From an uncultured delta proteobacterium (GTDB lineage Bacteria > Desulfobacterota > Binatia > DP-6): a stretch of DNA of 64,000 bases. The notes under the pieces are model-generated. The model saw only the letters and a list, made by a program, of their open reading frames with translations. It was not told the origin of the DNA and searched no databases. The DNA lies in assembly GCA_963815115.1 (NCBI GenBank), contig CAWFFN010000009.1, positions 1,760,001 to 1,824,000 of the forward strand. The letters run 5' to 3'. The translations under genes were made by a program, and so were the position numbers. Below are positions 29,263 to 39,053 of this stretch, one piece after another (the stretch's first letter is position 1; every line of letters begins with the position of its first letter).

Positions 29263-29328
29263 GGCCGGCGTGGGGACGTCGAGATGTACGACGACCGGCG
29301 GTTCTTCACGGTCACCGGGCGTCACGTC
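29263..29328 (+). pseudogene. Fragment of a phage/plasmid primase-polymerase gene
   Basis: GDVEMYDDRRFFTVTGRH resembles the conserved E.Y...RF.TVTG motif of phage primpol proteins. Confidence 0.5.
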
Positions 29329-29690
29329 CGAGCTCGCGGCACACCGTCGACGGGGCGCGTCCAAGCTGCCCGGCGATCTGCCGCACGCTCTGCCCTCCCG
29401 CCACGCCGCGCGAGATCTCCTCGCGCTCCGCCAAGGACAGCACCCGCGGACTGCGCCGGCGGGGGACCGGCGTGAAGCCGCCCGTGCCGGCGAGGACGCG
29501 CTGCACCACCGAGCGCCGGCGATCGATGGCGCGGGCGATCGCGTTCAACGCTTCGCCCTGGCGCCATCGTCGCCACAGCTCGGCCTGGTCCGCCGCGCTC
29601 AGGTGCCCCGCCATCTTCGTCGCCGCATCCGTCCCTCCCGCGCTCACGTGAGAGTCCATGATGTTGCGACGACCGGTTGGATGCACCGAC
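29312..29690 (-). mobile_element. IS30-family remnant: left end plus N-terminal third of the transposase
   Basis: ELWRRWRQGE....IAR...GG..P..RRRS...LSLAEREEISRG...G.S.R.IA..LGRAPSTV.RE (double HTH); CAACCGGTCGTCGCAACA upstream; DDE domain missing. Confidence 0.8.
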
Positions 29691-30012
29691 ACTAGCGGCC
29701 TTCCGGGTCCAGGGCGACATAACTCTCCCGAACCCGGACCGTCGCCGGTTCTTCCCCTCCGATGGGACGGCCGAAGTTCCGGGGTGCGGATGAGCCCGGG
29801 ACGCAGCGGTCGTGTGCCGCCGGCGGCGACGCCGCCCCCCTCTGATTAGAGGGGTTCTCGGCGGGCGCTCCGGTAGGGTACACGGCTCCTCGAGATGCGA
29901 TCCCGTTCGGGATCGGCATCGTCGTCGTCGCCCCTTGAAGCCCCCATGTCCAGGGCTTGAGCGCGGACGTTGCGATCGCCGGGTCAGATCACGGGCTCTG
30001 ACAAACAAAGGG

Positions 30013-32715
30013 ATGGAGCGAGTCATGAGACGCACCGCCACCTTCGTTCTGGCCACCGCCCTCGACGCCGTGGGGATAGCCGGGATCGACGCGATGGGGC
30101 CCCGAGCGGCGAGTGCCATCGAGTATCTCTACTGGCACGAGGGAGGCGGCACGGCATCGACCGTGCATCGCGTCGAGGTCGACGGCACGGGTCGCACGTC
30201 GTTCCCGGTGGTCGCGGCGGTAGACGTCGCAGCCGGCTCCGACTACTTCGTCTACGGCCAGGATATCATGGGGGGAGACGCCATCGTCACGGATCTGGAC
30301 GGTGCCAATCCCATCGGCGTGGGGTTCGGTGATGGTATCCGTGGGGTCGCGACGAGCGCCAGCTACCTCTACGTACGAAACCGAGGCGGCTTGGTACAGT
30401 TGCAGCCCAACCCCTGGACCAGCGTCGCGTTCTGGAGCCAGGGGCCGTCCAGCTTCGCCGCCGACGACCAGTACGTGTACTACGCCCCTGACTCCGCACC
30501 GAACGTGATACACCGAGCGTCGCCCGACGGGAGCAACGACGTGCCGCTCGCGACCCTCGAGGAGGGGGTCCATGACATCGCGCTCGGCGGAGGCTGGGTC
30601 TACTGGATCGATGCGACGGACCGCCACATCGGCCGGGTGAAGACCGACGGATCCAGCCTGACCGAGAACATGATCGAGGTGAACGCGAACGCGCTCGCGG
30701 TCAGCGCCACCTACGTCTTCTGGGCGAACTACCTCGATACGACCATCGGGCGGTCGAACCTCGACGGGACCGGCGTGCAGAGCGATTTCGTCATGAACGC
30801 CGGAACAGACATCCGCCACATGGCCGCAGGGGGGACCGCCACCACCACGACCACGCTCCCGGTCACCGCCATCGACCACTTCCTGCTCTACGAGGTGAAG
30901 ACCAGCGAGGGCACGCCGAAGTTCGTCTCCTTCGCGCCGGTCACGCTCGCCGACCAGTTCCGCTCCGCCGGGTACCAGGTGGAGAAGCCGAAGTACCTCG
31001 GGCTACCGGCCAACAAGAATGCCGGGGGCGTCATGGATGACGTGACGCACCTGAAGGGTTACCAGGTGAAGCCGGTTCCCGGCACGCCAGACTTCGCCAC
31101 CCTGAGGGACGTCGAGATCGCGAATCAGTGCCATGCGCTGGCCCTCGAGGTGTCGAAGCCCGCGAACATCCTGGTGCCCACGCGGAAGAGCCTCGTCGCG
31201 TCGCCGCCGGCGCCGGACATCGCCGATCACCAGCTCGACCACTACCTCTGCTACAAGGCGAAGCCGCAGACCAAGCTCGCCGACGGCACGCCGCTCGCGA
31301 AGTTCCCGAAAGGAATCCAGGTGGACGTCGCTGACCAGTTCCAGACCCGGCGCTATGATCTCAAGAAGATCACGCGGCTCTGCACCCCGGTCAACAAGTC
31401 GGGCAGCCCGGTGATCGTGTCGGGCCCCAACACGGGTCAATCCTTCCCGATCACCCCGGCGCCGATCCGACATCCCGCCGATCATCTCGTCTGCTATCAG
31501 GCGAGGCGCGCGAAGAAGCTCATTCCTCAGACGGGGTGCGGCCCGGCGAACCCCGCCGCTCCCGGCACCAAGATCGTGCCGGCGCAGGCGAAGCACGTGC
31601 CACTCGACCCCGTCTTCGTGAACAACCAGTTCGGTCCCGAGGTGCTGCGCACGATCAAGGAGGCCGAGCTCTGCATCCCGTCGATACCCGGTTGCCGGAT
31701 CGGGGGGACCTTCTTCCCGGCCGGGGCCACGAACGGGCAATGCCAGGTTTGTCGTACGTCGGCGAGCACCACGAGCTGGACGAACCGCCCGGACGGCACG
31801 AGCTGCAACGACGGGAGCCTGTGCACGCAGACCGACACGTGCCAGGCGGGCATCTGCACGGGTGGGAACCCCGTCGTGTGTACGGCCCCGGACGATTGCC
31901 ACGACCCGACGTGCGATCCCGCAACGGGCGAGTGCAGCAACCCCGAGAAGCTCTACGGTACGCGGTGTTTCGTCGACGCGCCGTGCGTCGTGCAGGACAT
32001 CGACCCCAGCGTGGGACACCTCCGTGGCCTCGGGTATTGCGCCTTCGGTGAATGCCGTCTCATCCCGAGGGATTGCAACCCCGCCGATCGCTGTGTGTTC
32101 GGCTTGTGCAATCCAGAGACCGACCAGTGCGAGACCTCCCCGGTCGAGTGTGTCGATCCGTCGGACTTCGCGGACCCGCCAGGGTGCTTCGTCGACACGT
32201 GCAGCGCCGGCACCGGCATCTGTATCATGGGATGCGTAGTACCCGGCGCGTGCCTTGCTGGGCCTGGCCCGTGCGGGTCGTCGGCTGTCGGCTGTACGTC
32301 AAACGCGCAGTGTGACGACCACAATCTCTGCACCAACGATGTCTGCGCTGCTGGGATATGCACGAACAGTGCGATCACCTGCAACGACGGGGACATCTGC
32401 ACGATCGACTACTGCAACGATCCGGAGATCGGCTGCCAGAAGAGACCCCAAGACGCAAACTTCTGCGACGACGGTATCGCGTGCACCGAAGACCCCTGCG
32501 TCCCATTCCAGGGATGCACCAAGCACATACCGCGGGATGCCCTCTGCCCCGACGACGGCGATCCGTGCACCGCCGGCGTTTGCAACCTCGCCAACGCGGA
32601 CACCGGGTGCGAGTACCGGCCGATCTGCAACGACGGGGATGCGTGCACCGTCGACATGTGCGAGCCGACCACGGGCACGTGCTCGCACGAGGTCAAGCAC
32701 TGCACCAGACCCTGA
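30013..32715 (+). CDS. Large secreted protein: YWTD-like propeller, three-repeat domain and Cys-rich C.DG..CT repeats
   Basis: VYWID/VFWAN/IGRSNLDG; Thr-rich linker; repeats DHFLLY..DQF, DHYLCY..DQF, DHLVCY..NQF; many C[ND]D[GH]..CT..D.C units. Confidence 0.8.
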   Translation: MERVMRRTATFVLATALDAVGIAGIDAMGPRAASAIEYLYWHEGGGTASTVHRVEVDGTGRTSFPVVAAVDVAAGSDYFVYGQDIMGGDAIVTDLDGANPIGVGFGDGIRGVATSASYLYVRNRGGLVQLQPNPWTSVAFWSQGPSSFAADDQYVYYAPDSAPNVIHRASPDGSNDVPLATLEEGVHDIALGGGWVYWIDATDRHIGRVKTDGSSLTENMIEVNANALAVSATYVFWANYLDTTIGRSNLDGTGVQSDFVMNAGTDIRHMAAGGTATTTTTLPVTAIDHFLLYEVKTSEGTPKFVSFAPVTLADQFRSAGYQVEKPKYLGLPANKNAGGVMDDVTHLKGYQVKPVPGTPDFATLRDVEIANQCHALALEVSKPANILVPTRKSLVASPPAPDIADHQLDHYLCYKAKPQTKLADGTPLAKFPKGIQVDVADQFQTRRYDLKKITRLCTPVNKSGSPVIVSGPNTGQSFPITPAPIRHPADHLVCYQARRAKKLIPQTGCGPANPAAPGTKIVPAQAKHVPLDPVFVNNQFGPEVLRTIKEAELCIPSIPGCRIGGTFFPAGATNGQCQVCRTSASTTSWTNRPDGTSCNDGSLCTQTDTCQAGICTGGNPVVCTAPDDCHDPTCDPATGECSNPEKLYGTRCFVDAPCVVQDIDPSVGHLRGLGYCAFGECRLIPRDCNPADRCVFGLCNPETDQCETSPVECVDPSDFADPPGCFVDTCSAGTGICIMGCVVPGACLAGPGPCGSSAVGCTSNAQCDDHNLCTNDVCAAGICTNSAITCNDGDICTIDYCNDPEIGCQKRPQDANFCDDGIACTEDPCVPFQGCTKHIPRDALCPDDGDPCTAGVCNLANADTGCEYRPICNDGDACTVDMCEPTTGTCSHEVKHCTRP

Positions 32716-33178
32716 ACACCGCGCGATCTGACGGGACCCTGCCGCCCGCCGTTGCTCGTGTCGCGCCGGGCGGCATGGATTCGAGGGGGCGAGCATCGTT
32801 CGCACTTCACCCCCGTGCGGCGCGCTCCGGCCGAGCCGCCCGGTCTGCGTAGATCGCGGCGCTCGCGACCGCGACACTGTGCGCATTCGTCGGACCCTCC
32901 AGCTGGTAGGCACGACAACGCTCCGTAGGCGGTTTGCCGCTGCCTCGCGCGCCACCGTCCGGCCCCGTCTCGCGGCTGGGCGATACTGAGGGCACGTGGC
33001 CCAGCTCGGCTGCGGGCTGACGGAGCGCGGAAACGTGAAGGCCGGACCGGAAATACCAGAGCACGGTGTCCTGCGTGTTCGGCGGGCAGGCGCCCGCATT
33101 GTGCGGTCTATCTCCACTCGGCCTTGCCCATGGAGGTTCGAGACCGGGACGCCAAGCTCTCGACGACAGACCCCGTCG

Positions 33179-33988
33179 TCAGGTCGGTGACTTCCCGAGC
33201 CACAGGGCCGTCAGCCCCGAGCGGCCGCTGACGCCGAACTTGCGGAACAGATCGGTGATGTAGGTATGCGTCGTCGCGAGCCTGAGCGCGAGCTCGTCCG
33301 CGATCTCCTTCTCGACCCGCTCGGTGAGGAGCAGGCTCACGAGCCGGCGCTCCATCGGCGTCAGCGGCGCCCTCGCGATCAGCAGACCATGGTGCAGCAT
33401 GACGCGGCGATGAAACCACTTGAGCGGCCGCAACGCGTACGCCAGGAGATCGCGATCGGAGGGAGCGAACGGGCGCGTCTTCTCCCCGATGCGGTACCAG
33501 CCGAAGTACGACTCGGCATCCTCGTTGACAGGAGAGGCAATGTAGATCGCGTCGCGGATGTCGCGCGCCCGGTAGAGGAGGTCGTAGTCGGCGGTCGCGA
33601 AGAAACCCGGCGGGGCGAGCTCCCGCAGGAGTCTCGCCCGGAACATGCCGGCCTCGCGCACCTGGGCCAACGTGACGGCGTCCGTGGTCCCGCTGTCGAG
33701 GCGCTGACGCGATAGCTTGTAGATATGCTGGCCTTCCGGAGTCGGGTCCATTTGCCGGATGGCGCGGATGCGCCATCCGGCCATCGGATCGCAGGTCCTC
33801 CCGAGCCGGACGGCTCCGAGCCAGAATGCGTGTTGCACGCCGGCGAGATCGCTCAGGACCTGCATCGCGCGCACCACGGCGGCGTCGGTCTCGTGCGCGC
33901 CGAAGTCGCCCAGCTCGTCCCAGAGCGCGTGGATCCGCGTGGCCACCGGCCGCGGCAGGCCGCTCTCGGACTGCGCGTCAGCGGTCAT
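33179..33988 (-). CDS. LuxR-family HTH transcriptional regulator
   Basis: C-terminal PLTP.E......LL....EKEIA..L.L...T...Y.....RKFGV..R..L. Confidence 0.85.
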   Translation of the reverse strand: MTADAQSESGLPRPVATRIHALWDELGDFGAHETDAAVVRAMQVLSDLAGVQHAFWLGAVRLGRTCDPMAGWRIRAIRQMDPTPEGQHIYKLSRQRLDSGTTDAVTLAQVREAGMFRARLLRELAPPGFFATADYDLLYRARDIRDAIYIASPVNEDAESYFGWYRIGEKTRPFAPSDRDLLAYALRPLKWFHRRVMLHHGLLIARAPLTPMERRLVSLLLTERVEKEIADELALRLATTHTYITDLFRKFGVSGRSGLTALWLGKSPT

Positions 33989-34168
33989 CTGATCAAGGTG
34001 TTTCCATCTCCCTCAGGAGGAGGTTTCACGCAGACCTTCCTTACTTGGTAGAACGGGCGTTCTGGCCCGTTGCAGCGGCTCCGTCTTCCCGCCCAGGTGG
34101 TGCACCCGTCCACGTCGACTACTTCATCTGGCGCATGGAAGATACGTGGGCGTTCGGGTCTATCTGCG

Positions 34169-34243
34169 CGGGCGCACCAGGGACGGTGGTGCTATGGGAA
34201 GACGCCGATGCAGACCTTCCTGGACAGCGTGCCGCCGGCGAAG
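34169..34243 (+). mobile_element. IS481-family transposase C-terminal scrap
   Basis: R.HQGRWCYGKTPMQTFLDS.P.AK is a characteristic IS481-family C-terminus. Confidence 0.65.
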
Positions 34244-34808
34244 ATCGTCCACGTGCGCTTCTACGGCCAGGAGGTCGACAACACCGGGACGTTCGTTCCG
34301 GGCAGCGAGAGCTTCCTGATCGACGAGGTGACGCGGGGCCCCATCCCTGGGTTCCACAGCTCCGATGAGTGCAATGATGACGCCATTGGTGGCTCCGGGC
34401 AGAACTGGGAGTATGCCACGGCGCACACCGCCTCCCGCGGCGAGAAAGTCGTGCTCAACTCCGACGGCACCCTCGGGCCGCTCCAGACCGAGCAGCTTTG
34501 CTACCTCAACGGCGTCGCCGCCCAGGTAGGCTGCTGTCAGTAGCGAGGACGATGAAGCGATAACGAAGCGAGACGAGCGCGAGTGGAGGGAAGAGTCTAG
34601 CGAGAACAACTGCGTCCCTTTGTGACTCGGAGGGTTGGCCACGGTCCCGACACCCCTCAGGTCGGCGAGCGTCGCTTGCCGGCCTGCACCTTCTTCACGA
34701 GCGACGGATTCGCTATCGGGTCGATCTGCCACATCGACCAGAACCACGGCGCAGTCGGAGGGAACCCACGACGCTGGCGGGCTTCCCGTAGCCGGTGCGC
34801 GACCCCGC

Positions 34809-35942
34809 TCAGAGGCCCATGTGGCCGAGCAGGCGCTGCACCAGCCACAGGATCACCGGTAGCACCAGCGTCGTGATGAAGCCGGTCATCGTGGACGCGT
34901 CCCACGGCCAGATCGAGATGCGCGCTAGTGCCTCGCGCTCCGTCGCCACCGACGACAGCTGATCGTTCAGCTTGTCGGCATCTGCCAGGGCCCCTTCGTC
35001 GACTCGGCGGTGAAGCTGTGCGAGGACGCCCTCGAAGCGGGCGCCCGCCTCCGCGAGCAGGCGGTCCTTCTCGGCGGCGAGCCTGCGATGCATGCCGTAC
35101 AGCGGCACGATGAAGCACGCCACCGCCGTCGGCACCATGGCGACGATCAGCAGCTTCAGGACCGGCGTCTCGCGGACGACGTCCGGCCGGATGGCAGCGA
35201 TGTAGTAGGCGAGCAGGAGGAAGCTCGCGCCGGTGCGCGCGGCGAGGCCGGAAAAGGCGTAGAGCGCCTTCACGCGAAAGGGGCTGATCTTCTCGACCAG
35301 CCCGTGGATGACGTTCACCATCCAGAGCTGCCGGATCGCTTGCGCCGTGCTGATGGCCACGACCGCCATCGTGAGCAGCGCGACTGGCGCCAGTACGATC
35401 GCGCTCACCCCGCGCGACGACCCGAATTGCTCGATGATCCAGTCCGGGAGGAGCAGGGCGTTGACGACGTAGGAGACGACCGCGAAGACGGTGACGATCC
35501 ACGTGGTCCGGGGTGGCAGAGTGGTCAGCTCGTAGCGGAGACGCTGGAACTCCGGGTCGCTCAACGGGAGCACCGGGCGAAACGCGTCCATCGCGGTTCC
35601 TGCCACCCGGTCGAGGTAGAAGCGCACCCAGAGGAGGTAGGGAGCGATCACGACGACGAAGGTGTGTCGCAGGTCGAACGTCCCGACCGGCAGCGTGCCA
35701 TTCCACCACAGCGCGACCGTCACCCAGGTGGCCTGGAATGCCAGCAGCCCGAGCGCGTAGAGCCCATTCGCTCCCGGCAAGCCGTCGATCCGATCGACCA
35801 GGCGGTCGAGCCACCCGGGCTCGTAGGGCCGCTCCGGCACGCTCCTGAATCCCCGCTCGACCGCGGCGGGCCTCGTCGGTTGCTCGCTCGTCCTGGAGTC
35901 CGATGCGGAAGCGACATGTCTTCCGATCGGCGGCGTGGCCAT
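34809..35942 (-). CDS. Hypothetical multi-pass membrane protein
   Basis: 377-aa ORF with about 7 hydrophobic segments; F.VPL.GMH.RL..EK and WPW motifs; coding-like codon usage. Confidence 0.75.
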   Translation of the reverse strand: MATPPIGRHVASASDSRTSEQPTRPAAVERGFRSVPERPYEPGWLDRLVDRIDGLPGANGLYALGLLAFQATWVTVALWWNGTLPVGTFDLRHTFVVVIAPYLLWVRFYLDRVAGTAMDAFRPVLPLSDPEFQRLRYELTTLPPRTTWIVTVFAVVSYVVNALLLPDWIIEQFGSSRGVSAIVLAPVALLTMAVVAISTAQAIRQLWMVNVIHGLVEKISPFRVKALYAFSGLAARTGASFLLLAYYIAAIRPDVVRETPVLKLLIVAMVPTAVACFIVPLYGMHRRLAAEKDRLLAEAGARFEGVLAQLHRRVDEGALADADKLNDQLSSVATEREALARISIWPWDASTMTGFITTLVLPVILWLVQRLLGHMGL

Positions 35943-36001
35943 CGGGTGCGCTTGTAGGGTGCCGCGTCGGACGCGGTCAAGCTAGGACCGTCGCGGCAGG
36001 C

Positions 36002-36325
36002 TCACAGCGTCCAGTGTCTGAGCGCGTTCGTCTCGCGGCGCAGCTCGTTGCGCACGTCCGGGTGGGCGATCGAGATGAGCGCCTCGGCGCGTCGGCGAAG
36101 GCTCAGCCCGTGCAAATTGACGACGCCGTACTCCGTCACCACGTAGTGCACGTGGCCGCGCGTCGTCACCACGCCGGCGCCCGGCTTGCGAACCGAGACG
36201 ATCCGCGACACGCGACCGGAGGACGCCGTGGACGGCAGCGCAATGATCGGCTTGCCGCCCTCGGACAGCGCGGCGCCTGCGAATGAAGTCCATCTGTCCG
36301 CCGATGCCGGGGTAGATCCGGTGAC
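36002..36325 (-). pseudogene. Acetyl-CoA hydrolase/CoA-transferase C-terminal fragment, frameshifted
   Basis: IY.GIGGQMDFIR, then after a +1 shift GAALSEGGKPIIALPST...RIV....GAGVVTTR.HVHYVVTEYG...AHPD.R. Confidence 0.85.
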
Positions 36326-36579
36326 TCTTTACGGAAGGGCGGCGGGATGGCTGGTAGGGACGAAGGGCGAATACCCCTTTTGAGGCACCTACCTGCACCA
36401 ACGGCAGTCTGATCGGGGATGCGCACATCGAGCTATTCAAGCGATACCCCATGGCGGTGATGCGCCACTTGCCCACGACGCTCGAAGGTCGGCGGTGCGC
36501 TCTGACGCGGGCGAGGCCGTCCGCGGTGTGGCACTCTCCGGCGTGGGCCGGTGGATCCGGCCGCCGATCGGAGGACGAG

Positions 36580-37239
36580 ATGATCACGCTCTATGGCTTC
36601 GGACGTATCTTTCGAGAGGCGCACGGAGAGACGAAGGACCTCCGGGCGCAGTGGGCGCTCGAGGAGACCGGCCTGCCGTATCGCGTCCACGCGCTCGACC
36701 ACACCGGCGGCGAGCTCGCCGGCGAAGCCTTCAGCCGGATCAGCCCGTTCCATCAGGCGCCGGTCATCGACGACGACGGCTTCGTCGTGTCCGAGTCGGC
36801 GGCGGTGGTGCTCTATCTGGCCGAGAAGGCCGGCAAGCTGATCCCGCGCGACTTCCAGGGCCGCACCCGCGTCGTCCAGTGGTGCTTCGCCGCGGTCAGC
36901 ACCGTCGAGCCGACGCTGGTGTGCATCGACCTCATCGAGATTTTCGACAGCGGCAAGGCCGCCCACAAGGTCAAGGCGGAGGTGCGCAAGATCGCCGGCC
37001 GCTGGCTCGGTGACGTCGAGCGCCGCCTCGAAGACCGCGAGTGGATCGCCTGCGCCGATTTCACGGTGGCCGACATCATCATGGCCTGCGTCCTGCGCGG
37101 CATCCGCAAGACCGACTTGATGGAGCCGTATCCGCGGATCAAGGCCTATTACGAGCGGACCCAGGCCCGCCCGGCCTGGCAGCGCACGCTCGGCCTCTAC
37201 GCCGAGCGAGTCGGCGTGAGCGTCGACGACATCCGATAG
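36580..37239 (+). CDS. Glutathione S-transferase family protein
   Basis: WALEE.GLPY, SPFHQAPVI.DD..V.SES.A...YLA, FTVADI, RPAW; RBS GGAGG. Confidence 0.9.
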   Translation: MITLYGFGRIFREAHGETKDLRAQWALEETGLPYRVHALDHTGGELAGEAFSRISPFHQAPVIDDDGFVVSESAAVVLYLAEKAGKLIPRDFQGRTRVVQWCFAAVSTVEPTLVCIDLIEIFDSGKAAHKVKAEVRKIAGRWLGDVERRLEDREWIACADFTVADIIMACVLRGIRKTDLMEPYPRIKAYYERTQARPAWQRTLGLYAERVGVSVDDIR

Positions 37240-37311
37240 CGCCGGATGCGAACCCTCGCCCCGATGCTACCCTGCGCGGCCCGGTACGACCAGGGTGTAT
37301 GGCCGTCGGGT

Positions 37312-37536
37312 CTAGGGCAGGTCGCAGGGTCCGGTGGGCTGCCCTGCGGCGTCCACTGCGTGGCGCCCGAGGTGCCAGCGCCGGTTGCACTGCGGGCAGT
37401 GCGACATCTGGCGGCAGCCGCACTCGCATTTCTGGGTGCCATGCGGCGTGGTGTACGTGCACCGCCAGTGCTCACCCTGCGTGCGGCACGCCTCGCACAT
37501 CGGCATACGCGTCGGGATGGCTGTCGCGGTCTGCAT
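37312..37536 (-). CDS. Small Cys/His-rich putative metal-binding protein
   Basis: CxxC...HxxC...CxCxC...HCxxC...H...H...C in 74 aa; third codon positions almost all G/C in this frame. Confidence 0.5.
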   Translation of the reverse strand: MQTATAIPTRMPMCEACRTQGEHWRCTYTTPHGTQKCECGCRQMSHCPQCNRRWHLGRHAVDAAGQPTGPCDLP

Positions 37537-37654
37537 CAGGTCGTCTACATGAGTGACGTGCGGTGGGGGACACCTGGGTCTTGCTGGCCTTGCGATGCGA
37601 CAAGGCCGAGGCGGCCAGTGACGCGAAGCACACTGGCGAAGTCACGCACGACCC

Positions 37655-37871
37655 CTGCTCGCCGTGCTCTTCCGTTCCGGGCTCCGTGTCTCGGAGGCGC
37701 TGGCGCTCTTCCCCGAAGACCTCGACGCCGCTGGCGGCTCGCTCCGTGTGCTGCACTTACTCGGGCACTCCTCGCTGGCGAACGACCGCCACCTACGTCT
37801 CGCACATCGCACCGACAAAGGCGGTCGCCGAGGCGAACCGCCGGACGGCGCACCTGGCGGTGCAGCCGTGA
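37655..37871 (+). pseudogene. Tyrosine recombinase/integrase remnant with an internal deletion and frameshift
   Basis: Box I SGLRVSEALAL...DLD is joined almost directly to box II LLGHSSLA; TT.TYVSH follows in another frame; the HxxR segment is missing. Confidence 0.8.
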
Positions 37872-38000
37872 AGTGGCCGAGCAGTTCATCCCCCACCTGC
37901 CCGACCTGTCCACGACCGAGCTAGAGCTGATATCAAGAGAGGGGATGGGTGACCTCCACTTGCCGGGGCGCTACCGCGGGACCCCCCAGGAGGCGTGACC

Positions 38001-38648
38001 ATGGAGCAGCAGCCCTACATCCCGGCCCTCGGATTCGACTGGCTGACGCGCTTCTACGACCCTGTGCTGCGAGCCACCCTGCGAGAGGAGACGTTCAAGC
38101 GCCTTCTCATCGAGCAGGCACGCATTCAGCCAGGGCACAACGTGCTCGACCTCGGGTGCGGCACGGCGACATTGACGATCATGGTCAAGCAGCGCTGCCC
38201 TGGGGCGAGCGTCGTCGGGCTCGATGGCGACCCGAAGGTGCTCACCCTCGCCCACGCGAAGGTGGCGACAGCGGGCGTCGACGTGGACCTGCGCCAGGGG
38301 ATGGCGTTCGCGCCGCCCTTCGCTCCGGCATCGTTCGATCGCGTGATCTCCAGTCTCGTGCTCCACCACCTGACGACCGAGCAGAAGCGGCTGACGCTTG
38401 CCTCGGTGCGCGCGCTGCTGCGGCCCGGCGGCGAGCTGCACGTCGCGGATTGGGGGCGGCCGCACAACGCCCTGATGCGCATTGCGTCACTCAGCATTCG
38501 GTTGCTCGACGGCTACGCGACGACCGTCGACAACCTGAACGGGCGGCTCATCGCGCTGATGGGGGAAGCCGGGTTCCGCGAGCCGCGCGAAACGCACCAG
38601 GAGATGACAATGTTCGGCACGCTGTCGCTCTATCGCGCCGTGGCATAG
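38001..38648 (+). CDS. Class I SAM-dependent methyltransferase
   Basis: VLDLGCGT, SFD.V.SSL..HHL, LRPGG.L...D.G; AGGAGG 7 nt upstream. Confidence 0.9.
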   Translation: MEQQPYIPALGFDWLTRFYDPVLRATLREETFKRLLIEQARIQPGHNVLDLGCGTATLTIMVKQRCPGASVVGLDGDPKVLTLAHAKVATAGVDVDLRQGMAFAPPFAPASFDRVISSLVLHHLTTEQKRLTLASVRALLRPGGELHVADWGRPHNALMRIASLSIRLLDGYATTVDNLNGRLIALMGEAGFREPRETHQEMTMFGTLSLYRAVA

Positions 38649-38804
38649 GGCCGGACCTCGGCCGTTGAACTCACCGGCGCTCGGGCCGCCGGTCGCCGCG
38701 AGCGTCGGGATGGCGTCCGGGCCCGGCTCTGGTGGATTGACGCTCGCATCCCATCGGCTGTAGGGAGGCGCCGGCCGGGAAGGATTTGAGGAAGGGGTTG
38801 GGCA

Positions 38805-39053
38805 ATGGAGAGACGCCGAACGATGATCGCGTGTACTGCCCTGGTCTGGCTGCTGGTCATGGCGCGGCCGGCTCGGGCCTACCTCGACCCCAGCACGGGC
38901 GGCATGATCGTGTCGGCGCTCGTCGGGTTGCTCGCCAGCCTGGGCCTCGCGCTCAAGACCTACTGGTACCGCGTGCGCGCGCTCCTTCGTCGCAGAGATC
39001 GCCGGGTGCAGGACGGGGAACTCGTCGACGGTGACGTCGGCGCCCGGCATTGA
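38805..39053 (+). CDS. Small membrane protein: signal peptide, 'YLDPSTG', TM helix and basic tail
   Basis: Hydrophobic leader ending ARA|Y; MIVSALVGLLASLGLAL; KTYWYRVRALLRRR; overlaps the next gene. Start could instead be 38823. Confidence 0.75.
   Translation: MERRRTMIACTALVWLLVMARPARAYLDPSTGGMIVSALVGLLASLGLALKTYWYRVRALLRRRDRRVQDGELVDGDVGARH

Noticed and set aside
37334-37552. Plus-strand Cys-rich ORF
   Set aside because: It is antisense to 37312-37536, which has the better codon bias and more regular metal-binding motifs.
37655-37871. Recombinase relic as the integron integrase for the attC sites
   Set aside because: It is 12 kb away and the region that would carry the IntI-specific insertion is deleted, so it cannot be assigned to IntI.
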